Of a stretch of 64,000 nt of DNA, positions 1-11,500 are shown piece after piece. The DNA comes from Eledone cirrhosa. Taxonomy: Eukaryota. The notes under the pieces are model-generated. The model made no database searches. It saw only the letters and a program-made list of their open reading frames with translations, and had not been told where the DNA came from. The stretch is from positions 19,654,001 to 19,718,000 of the forward strand of contig OZ024754.1 of NCBI GenBank assembly GCA_964016885.1. Direction: 5' to 3'. Every line of letters starts with the position of its first letter. Within the stretch, counting starts at the first letter, position 1. The position numbers and the translations under genes are program-made.

Positions 1-2770
1 TCAACACAGTCTTTGATCAAGTCACTTGCCAGACATGTACAACTGTGGCTAAAATGACTCTTCCATGATATAGTTACTTTAGTTTCAACACAGTCTCAGA
101 TCAAGTCACTTGCCAGACATGTACAACTGTTGCTAAAATGACTCTTCCATGATATAGTTACTTTAGTTTCAACACAGTCTCAGATCAAGTCACTTGTCAG
201 ACATGTACAACAGTGGCTAAAATGACTCTTCCATGATATAGTTACTTTAGTTTGAACACAGTCTTAGATCAAGTCACTTGCCAGACATGTACAACTGTGG
301 CTAAAATGACAGTTCCATGATATAGTTACTTTAGTTTCAACACAGTCTCAGATCAAGTCACTTGCCAGACATGTACAACTGTGACTAAATTGATTCTTCC
401 ATGATATAGTTACTTTAGTTTCAACACAATCTCAGATCAAGTCACTTGCCAGACATGTACAACTGTGACTAAAATGACTCTTCCATGATATAGTTACTTT
501 AGTTTCAACACAATCTCAGATCAAGTCACTTACCATACATGTACAACTGTAGCTAACATGACTCTTCCATGATATAGTTACTTTAGTTTCAACACAGTCT
601 CAGATCAAGTCACTTACCAGACATGTACAACTGCTGCTAAAATGAATCTTCCATGATATAGTTACTTCAGATTCAACACAGTCTCAGATCAAGTCACTTG
701 CCAGACATGTACAACTGTGGCTAAAATGACTCTTCCATGATATAGTTACTTTAGTTTCAACGCAGTCACAAATCAAGTCACTTACCATGGATGTACAACT
801 GTGGCTAAAATGACTCTTCCATGATATAGTTACTTTAGTTTCAACATAGTCTCAGATCATGTCACTTGTCAGACATGTACAACTGTGGCTAAAATCACTC
901 TTCCATGATATAGTTACTTTAGTTTGAACACAGTCTTAGATCAAGTGACTTTCCAGACATGTACAACTGTGGCTAAAATGACTCTTCCATGATATAGTTA
1001 CTTTAGTTTCAACACAAGCTCAGATCAAGTCACTTGCCAGACATCTACAATTGTGGCTAAAATGATTCTACCATGATATAGTTACTTTAGTTTCAACACA
1101 GTCACAGATCAAGTCACTTGCCAGACATGTACAACTCTGGCTAAAATGACTGTTCCATTATATAGTTACTTTAGTTTCAACACAATCTCAGATCAAGTCA
1201 CTTGCCAGGGATGTACAACTGTAACTAAAATGACTCTTCCATGATATAGTTACTTTAATTTCAACACAGTCACAGATCAAGTCACTTGCCAGACATGTAC
1301 AACTGTGACTAAAATGATTCTTCCATGATATAGTTACTTTAGTTTCAAAACAATCTCAGATAAAGTCACTTGCCAGACATGTACAACTGTGGCTAAAATG
1401 ACTCTTCCATGATATAGTTACTTTAGTTTCAACACGATCTCAGATCAAGTCACTTACCAGACATGTACAACTGTGGCTAGAATGACTCTTCAATGATATA
1501 GTTACTTTAGTTTCAACACAATCTGAGATCAAGTCACTTGCTAGACATGTGCAACTGTGGCTAAAATGACTCCTCCATGATACAGTTACTTTAGTTTGAA
1601 CACAGTCTTAGATCAAGTCACTGACCAGACATGTACGACTGTGGCTAAAATGACTCTTACATGATATAGTTACTTTAGTTTCAACACATTCACAGATCAA
1701 GTCACTTGCCAGACATGTACAACTGTGGCTAAAATGACTATCCATGATATAGTTACCTTAGTTTCAACACAGTCACAGATCAAGACACTTACCAGACATG
1801 CAAAACTGTAGCTAACATGACTCTTCCATGATATAGTTACTTTAGTTTGAACACAGTCTTAGATCAAGTCACTTGCCAGACATGTACAACTGTGGCTAAA
1901 ATATCTCTTCCATGATATAGTTACTTTAGTTTCAACACAGTCTCAGATAAAGTCACTTGCCAGACATGTACAACTGTGGCTAAAATGACTGTTCCATGAT
2001 ATAGTTACTTTATTTTCAACACAGTCTCAGATCAAGTCACTTGCCAGACATGTACATCTGTGGCTAAAATGACTCTTCCATGATATAGTTACGTTAGTTT
2101 CAACACAGTCTCAGATAAAGTCCCTTGCCAGGCATCTACAACTGTGGCTAAAATGACTCTACCATGATATGGTTACTTTAGTTTCAACACAGTCTCAGAT
2201 CAAGTCACTTGCCAGACATGCACAACTGTGGCTAACATGACTCTTCCATGATATAGTTACTTTAGTTTGAACACAGTCTTAGATCAAGTCACTTACCAGA
2301 CATGTACAACTGAGGCTAAAATGACTCTTCAATGATATAGTTACTTTAGTTTCAACACAATCTCAGATAAAGTCACTTACCATACATGTACAACTGTGGC
2401 TAGAATGACTCTTCCATGATATAGTTACTTTAGTTTCAACACAATATCAGATCAAATCACTTACCATACATGTACAACTGTAGCTAACATGACTCTTCCA
2501 TGATATAGATACTTTAGTTTCAACACATTCAAAGATCAAGTCACTTGCCAGACATGTACAACTGTGGCTAAAATGACTCTTCCATGATATAGTTACTTTA
2601 GTTTCAACACAGTCACAAATGAAGTCACTTGTCAGACATCTACAACTGTGGCTAAAATGACTCTTCCATGATATAGTTACTTTAGTTTCAACACAGTCTC
2701 AGATCAAGTCACTTACCAGACATGTACAACTGCTGCTAAAATGACTCTTCCATGATATAGTTACTTCAGA

Positions 2771-4959
2771 TTCAACACAGTCTCAGATCAAGTCACTTGC
2801 CAGACATGTACAACTGTGGCTAAAATGACTCTTCCATGATATAGTTACTTTAGTTTCAACGCAGTCACAAATCAAGTCACTTACCATGGATGTACAACTG
2901 TGGCTAAAATGACTCTTCCATGATATAGTTACTTTAGTTTCAACATAGTCTCAGATCATGTCACTTGTCAGACATGTACAACTGTGGCTAAAATCACTCT
3001 TCCATGATATAGTTACTTTAGTTTGAACACAGTCTTAGATCAAGTCACTTGCCAGACATGTACAACTGTGGCTAAAATAACTCTTCCATGATATAGTTAC
3101 TTTAGTTTCAACACAGACTCAGATCAAGTCATTTGCCAGACATGTACAACTGTGGCTAAAATGACTGTTCCATGATATAGTTACTTTAGTTTCAACACAG
3201 TCTCAGATAAAGTCCCTTGCCAGGCATCTACAACTGTGGCTAAAATGACTCTTCCATGATATAGTTACTTTAGTTTGAACACAGTCTTAGATCAAGTCAC
3301 TTGCCAGACATGTACAACTGTGGCTAAAATAACTCTTCCAAGATATAGTTACTTTAGTTTGAGCACAGTCTTAGATCAAGTCACTTGCCAGACATGTACA
3401 ACTGTGGCTAAAATGACTCTTCCATGATATAGTTACTTTAGATTCAACACAGTCTCAGATCAAGTCACTTGCCAGACATGTACAACTGTAGCTAAAATGA
3501 ATCTTCCATGATATAGTCCTTTAGTTACAACACAGTCTCAGATCAAGTCACTTGCCAGACATGTACAACTGTGGCTAAAATCACTCTTCCATGATATAGT
3601 TACTTTAGTTTCAACACAGTCTTTGATCAAGTCACTTGCCAGACATGTACAACTGTGGCTAAAATGACTCTTCCATGATATAGTTGCTTTAGTTTCAACA
3701 CAGTCTCAGATCAAGTCACTTGGCAGACATGTACAACTGTGGCTAAAATGACTGTTCCATGATATAGTTACTTTAGTTTCAACACAGTCTCAGATCAAGT
3801 CACTGCCAGACATGTACAACTGTGACTAAATTGATTCTTCCATGATATAGTTACTTTAGTTTCAACACAGTCTCAGATCAAGTCACTTGCCAGACATGTA
3901 CAACTGTGGCTAAAATGACTCTTCCATGATATAGTTACTTTAGTTTCAACGCAGTCACAAATCAAGTCACTTACCATGGATGTACAACTGTGGCTAAAAT
4001 GACTCTTCCATGATATAGTTACTTTAGTTTCAACATAGTCTCAGATCATGTCACTTGTCAGACATGTACAACTGTGGCTAAAATCACTCTTCCATGATAT
4101 AGTTACTTTAGTTTGAACACAGTCTTAGATCAAGTCACTTGCCAGACATGTACAACTGTGGCTAAAATAACTCTTCCATGATATAGTTACTTTAGTTTCA
4201 ACACAGACTCAGATCAAGTCATTTGCCAGACATGTACAACTGTGGCTAAAATGACTGTTCCATGATATAGTTACTTTAGTTTCAACACAGTCTCAGATAA
4301 AGTCCCTTGCCAGGCATCTACAACTGTGGCTAAAATGACTCTTCCATGATATAGTTACTTTAGTTTGAACACAGTCTTAGATCAAGTCACTTGCCAGACA
4401 TGTACAACTGTGGCTAAAATAACTCTTCCAAGATATAGTTACTTTAGTTTGAGCACAGTCTTAGATCAAGTCACTTGCCAGACATGTACAACTGTGGCTA
4501 AAATGACTCTTCCATGATATAGTTACTTTAGATTCAACACAGTCTCAGATCAAGTCACTTGCCAGACATGTACAACTGTAGCTAAAATGAATCTTCCATG
4601 ATATAGTCCTTTAGTTACAACACAGTCTCAGATCAAGTCACTTGCCAGACATGTACAACTGTGGCTAAAATCACTCTTCCATGATATAGTTACTTTAGTT
4701 TCAACACAGTCTTTGATCAAGTCACTTGCCAGACATGTACAACTGTGGCTAAAATGACTCTTCCATGATATAGTTGCTTTAGTTTCAACACAGTCTCAGA
4801 TCAAGTCACTTGGCAGACATGTACAACTGTGGCTAAAATGACTGTTCCATGATATAGTTACTTTAGTTTCAACACAGTCTCAGATCAAGTCACTGCCAGA
4901 CATGTACAACTGTGACTAAATTGATTCTTCCATGATATAGTTACTTTAGTTTCAACACA
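2771..4959. repeat. Tandem duplication of a 13-monomer block (period 1090 bp)
   Basis: GCAGTCACAAAT at 2861 and 3951. The CACTGCCAGA deletion, CCAAGATA and GTTGCTTT variants repeat at the same offset. 1090 = 13x84 - 2, matching the two 1-bp deletions. Confidence 0.93.
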
Positions 4960-5511
4960 ATCTCAGATCAAGTCACTTGCCAGACATGTACAACTGTGAC
5001 TAAAATGACTCTTCCATGTTATAGTTACTTTAGTTTCAACACAATCTCAGATCAAGTCACTTACCATACATGTACAACTGTAGCTAACATGACTCTTCCA
5101 TGATATAGTTACTTTAGTTTCAACACAGTCTCAGATCAAGTCACTTACCAGACATGTACAACCGCTGCTAAAATGACTCTTCCATGATATAGTTACTTCA
5201 GATTCAACACAGTCTCAGATCAAGTCACTTGCCAGACATGTAAAACTGTGGCTAAAATGACTCTTCCATGATATAGTTACTTTAGTTTCAACGCAGTCAC
5301 AAATCAAGTCACTTACCATGGATGTACAACTGTGGCTAAAATGACTCTTCCATGATATAGTTACTTTAGTTTCAACATAGTCTCAGATCAAGTCACTTGC
5401 CAGGCATCTACAACTGTGGCTAAAATGACTCTTGCATGATATAGTTACTTTAGTTTGAACACAGACTTAGATCAAGTCACTTGCCAGACATGTACAACTG
5501 TGGCTAAAATA

Positions 5512-8500
5512 ACTCTTCCATGATATAGTTACTTTAGTTTCAACACAGTCTCAGATCAAGTCATTTGCCAGACATGTACAACTGTGGCTAAAATGACTGT
5601 TCCATGATATAATTACTTTAGTTTCAACACAGTCTCAGATAAAGTCCCTTGCCAGGCATCTACAACTGTGGCTAAAATGACTCTTGCATGATATAGTTAC
5701 TTTAGTTTGAACACAGACTTAGATCAAGTTACTTGCCAGACATGTACAACCGTGGCTAAAATAACTCTTCCATGATATAGTTACTTTAGTTTCAACACCG
5801 TCTCAGATAAAGTCACTTGCCAGACATGTACAACTGTGACTAAAATAACTCTTCCATGATATAGTTACTTTAGTTTGAGCACAGTCTTAGATCAAATCAC
5901 TTCCCAGATATGTACAACTGTGGCTAAAATGACTCTTCCATGATATAGTTACTTTAGTTTTAACACAGTCTCAGATCAAGTCACTTGCCAGACATGTACA
6001 ACTGTAGCTAAAATGACTCTTCCATGATATAGTTACTTTAGTTTCAACACAGTCTCAGATCAAGTGACTTGCCAGACATGTACAACTGTGGTTAAAATGA
6101 CTCTTCCATGATATAGTTACTTTAGTTTCACCACAGTCACAGATCAAGTCACTTGCCATACCTGTACAACTGTGGCTAAAATGACTCTTCCATGATATAG
6201 TTACTTTAATTTCACCACAGTCACAGATCAAGTGACTTGCCAGACATGTACAACTGTGGGTAAAATGACTCTTCCATGATATAGTTACTTTAGTTTCAAC
6301 ACAGTCTCAGATCAAGTCACTTGCCAGACATGTACAGCTGTAGCTAAAATGAATCTTCCATGATATAGTCCTTTAGTTACAACACAGTCTCAGATCAAGT
6401 CACTTGCCAGACATGTAGAACTGTGGCTAAAATCACTCTTACATGATATAGTTACTTTAGTTTCAACACAGTCTTTGATCAAGTCACTTGCCAGACATGT
6501 ACAACTGTGGCTAAAATGACTCTTCCATGATATAGTTACTTTAGTTTCAACACAGTCTCAGATCAAGTCACTTGTCAGACATGTACAACAGTGGCTAAAA
6601 TGACTCTTCCATGATATAGTTACTTTAGTTTGAACACAGTCTTAGATCAATCACTTGCCAGACATGTACAATTGTGGCTAAAATAACTCTTCCATGATAT
6701 AGTTACTTTAGTTTCAACACAATCTCAGATCAAGTCACTTACCATACATGTACAACTGTAGCTAACATGACTCTTCCATGATATAGTTACTTTAGTTTCA
6801 ACACAGTCCTTGATCAAGTCACTTGCCAGACATGTACAACTGTGGCTAAAATGACTCTTCCATGATATAGTTACTTTAGTTTCAACACAGTCTCAGATCA
6901 AGTCACTTGCCAGACATGTACAACTGTGAGTAAATTGATTCTTCCATGATATAGTTACTTGAGTTTCAACACAATCTCAGATCAAGTCACTTGCTAGACA
7001 TGTACAACTGTGACTAAAATGACTCTTCCATGATATAGTTACTTTAGTTTCAACACAATCTCAGATCAAGTCACTTACCATACATGTACAACTGTAGCTA
7101 ACATGACTCTTCCATGATATAGTTACTTTAGTTTCACCATACTCTCAGATCAAGTCACTTACCAGACATGTACAACTGCTGCTAAAATGACTCTTCCATG
7201 ATATAGTTACTTCAGATTCAACACAGTCTCAGATCAAGTCACTTGCCAGACATGTACAACTGTGGCTAAAATGACTCTTCCATGATATAGTTACTTTAGT
7301 TTCAACACAGTCACAAATCAAGTCACTTACCATGGATGTACAACTGTGGCTAAAATGACTCTTCCATGATATAATTACTTTAGTTTCAACATAGTCTCAG
7401 ATCAAGTCACTTGTCAGACATGTACAACTGTGGCTAAAATGACTCTTCCATGATATAGTTACTTTAGTTTCAACACAGTCTCAGATCAAGTCATTTGCCA
7501 GACATGTACAACTGTGGCTAAAATGACTGTTCCATGATATAGTTACTTTAGTTTCAACACAGTCTCAGATAAAGTCCCTTGCCAGGCATCTACAACTGTG
7601 GCTAAAATGACTCTTCCATGATATAGTTACTTTAGTTTGAACACAGTCTTAGATCAAGTCACTTGCCAGACATGTACAACTGTGGCTAAAATAACTCTTC
7701 CATGATATAGTTACTTTAGTTTCAACACAGTCTCAGATAAAGTCACTTGCCAGACATGTACAACTGTGGCTAAAATAACTCTTCCATGATATAGTTACTT
7801 TAGTTTCAACACAGTCTCAGATAAATTCCCTTGCCAGGAATCTACAACTGTGGCTAAAATGACTCTTCCATGATATAGTTACTTTAGTTTCAACACATTC
7901 ACAGATCAAGTCACTTGCCAGATATGTACAACTGTGGCTAAAATGACTATCCATGATATAGTTACTTTAGTCTCAACACAGTCACAGATCAAGACACTTG
8001 CCAGACATGTACAACTGTGGCTAACATGACTCTTCCATGATATAGTTACTTCAGTTTGAACACAGTCTTAGATCAAGTCACTTACCAGACATGTACAACT
8101 GAGGCTAAAATGAATCTTCAATGATATAGTTACTTTAGTTTCACCACAGTCACAGATCAAGTCACTTGACAGACATGTACAACTGTAGCTAAAATGAATC
8201 TTCCATGATATAGTCCTTTAGTTACAACACAGTCTCAGATCAAGTCACTTGCCAGACATGTACAACTGTGGCTAAAATCACTCTTCCATGATATAGTTAC
8301 TTTAGTTTCAACACAGTCTTTGATCAAGTCACTTGCCAGACATGTACAACTGTCGCTAAAATAACTCTTCCATGATATAGTTACATTAGTTTCAACACAG
8401 TCTCAGATCAAGTCACTTGCCAGACATGTACAACTGTGACTAAATTGATTCTTCCATGATATAGTTACTTTAGTTTCAACACAATCTCAGATCAAGTCAC

Positions 8501-11500
8501 TTGCCAGACATGTACAACTGTGACTAAAATGACTCTTCCATGATATAGTTACTTTAGTTTCAACACAATCTCAGATCAAGTCACTTACCATACATGTACA
8601 ACTGTAGCTAACATGACTCTTCCATGATATAGTTACTTTAGTTTCAACACAGTCTCAGATCAAGTCACTTACCAGACATGTACAACCGCTGCTAAAATGA
8701 CTCTTCCATGATATAGTTACTTCAGATTCAACACAGTCTCAGATCAAGTCACTTGCCAGACATGTACAACTGTGGCTAAAATGACTCTTCCATGATATAG
8801 TTACTTTAGTTTCAACGCAGTCACAAATCAAGTCACTTACCATGGATGTACAACTGTGGCTAAAATGACTCTTCCATGATATAGTTACTTTAGTTTCAAC
8901 ATAGTCTCAGATCAAGTCACTTGTCAGACATGTACAACTGTGGCTAAAATGACTCTTCCATGATATAGTTACTTTAGTTTGAACACAGTCTTAGATCAAG
9001 TCACTTGCCAGACATGTACAACTGTGGCTAAAATAACTCTTCCATGATATAGTTACTTTAGTTTCAACACAGTCTCAGATCAAGTCATTTGCTAGACATG
9101 TACAACTGTGGCTAAAATGACTGTTCCATGATATAATTACTTTAGTTTCAACACAGTCTCAGATAAAGTCCCTTGCCAGGCATCTACAACTGTTGCTAAA
9201 ATGACTCTTGCATGATATAGTTACTTTAGTTTGAACACAGACTTAGATCAAGTCACTTGCCAGACATGTACAACTGTGGCTAAAATAACTCTTCCATGAT
9301 ATAGTTACTTTAGTTTCAACACGGTCTCAGATAAAGTCACTTGCCAGACATGTACAGCTGTGGCTAAAATAACTCTTCCATGATATAGTTACTTTAGTTT
9401 GAGCACAGTCTTAGATCAAATCACTTCCCAGATATGTACAACTGTGGCTAAAATGACTCTTCCATGATATAGTTACTTTAGTTTCAACACGGTCTCAGAT
9501 CATGTCACTTGCCAGACATGTACAACTGTAGCTAAAATGACTCTTCCATGATATAGTTACTTTAGTTTCAACACAGTCTCAGATCAAGTGACTTGCCAGA
9601 CATGTACAACTGTGGTTAAAATGACTCTTCCATGATATAGTTACTTTAGTTTCACCACAGTCACAGATCAAGTCACTTGCCATACCTGTACAACTGTGGC
9701 TAAAATGACTCTTCCATGATATAGTTACTTTAGTTTCACCACAGTCACAGATCAAGTGACTTGCCAGACATGTACAACTGTGGGTAAAATGACTCTTCCA
9801 TGATATAGTTACTTTAGTTTCAACACAGTCTTAGATCAAGTCACTTGCCAGACATGTACAGCTGTAGCTAAAATGAATCTTCCATGATATAGTCCTTTAG
9901 TTACAACACAGTCTCAGATCAAGTCACTTGCCAGACATGTAGAACTGTGGCTAAAATCACTCTTACATGATATAGTTACTTTAGTTTCAACACAGTCTTT
10001 GATCAAGTCACTTGCCAGACATGTACAACTGTGGCTAAAATGACTCTTCCATGATATAGTTACTTTAGTTTCAACACAGTCTCAGATCAAGTCACTTGTC
10101 AGACATGTACAACAGTGGCTAAAATGACTCTTCCATGATATAGTTACTTTAGTTTGAACACAGTCTTAGATCAATCACTTGCCAGACATGTACAATTGTG
10201 GCTAAAATAACTCTTCCGTGATATAGTTACTTTAGTTTCAACACAGTCTCAGATAAAGCCACTTGCCAGACATGTACAACTGTGGCTAAAATGACTGTTC
10301 CATGATATAGTTACTTTAGTTTCAACACAGTCTCAGATCAAGTCACTTTCCAGACATGTACAACTGTGAGTAAATTGCTTCTTCCATGATATAGTTACTT
10401 GAGTTTCAACACAGTCTCAGATCAAGTGACTTTCCAGACATGTACAACTGTGGCGAGAATGACTCTTCCATGATATAGTTACTTTAGTTTCAACACAGTC
10501 TCAGATCAAGTCATTTGCCAGACATGTACAACTGTGGCTAAAATGACTGTTCCATGATATAATTACTTTAGTTTCAACACAGTCTCAGATAAAGTCCCTT
10601 GCCAGGCATCTACAACTGTGGCTAAAATGACTCTTGCATGATATAGTTACTTTAGTTTGAACACAGACTTAGATCAAGTTACTTGCCAGACATGTACAAC
10701 CGTGGCTAAAATAACTCTTCCATGATATAGTTACTTTAGTTTCAACACCGTCTCAGATAAAGTCACTTGCCAGACATGTACAACTGTGACTAAAATAACT
10801 CTTCCATGATATAGTTACTTTAGTTTGAGCACAGTCTTAGATCAAATCACTTCCCAGATATGTACAACTGTGGCTAAAATGACTCTTCCATGATATAGTT
10901 ACTTTAGTTTCAACACAGTCTCAGATCAAGTCACTTGCCAGACATGTACAACTGTAGCTAAAATGACTCTTCCATGATATAGTTACTTTAGTTTCAACAC
11001 AGTCTCAGATCAAGTGACTTGCCAGACATGTACAACTGTGGTTAAAATGACTCTTCCATGATATAGTTACTTTAGTTTCACCACAGTCACAGATCAAGTC
11101 ACTTGCCATACCTGTACAACTGTGGCTAAAATGACTCTTCCATGATATAGTTACTTTAATTTCACCACAGTCACAGATCAAGTGACTTGCCAGACATGTA
11201 CAACTGTGGGTAAAATGACTCTTCCATGATATAGTTACTTTAGTTTCAACACAGTCTCAGATCAAGTCACTTGCCAGACATGTACAGCTGTAGCTAAAAT
11301 GAATCTTCCATGATATAGTCCTTTAGTTACAACACAGTCTCAGATCAAGTCACTTGCCAGACATGTAGAACTGTGGCTAAAATCACTCTTACATGATATA
11401 GTTACTTTAGTTTCAACACAGTCTTTGATCAAGTCACTTGCCAGACATGTACAACTGTGGCTAAAATGACTCTTCCATGATATAGTTACTTTAGTTTCAA

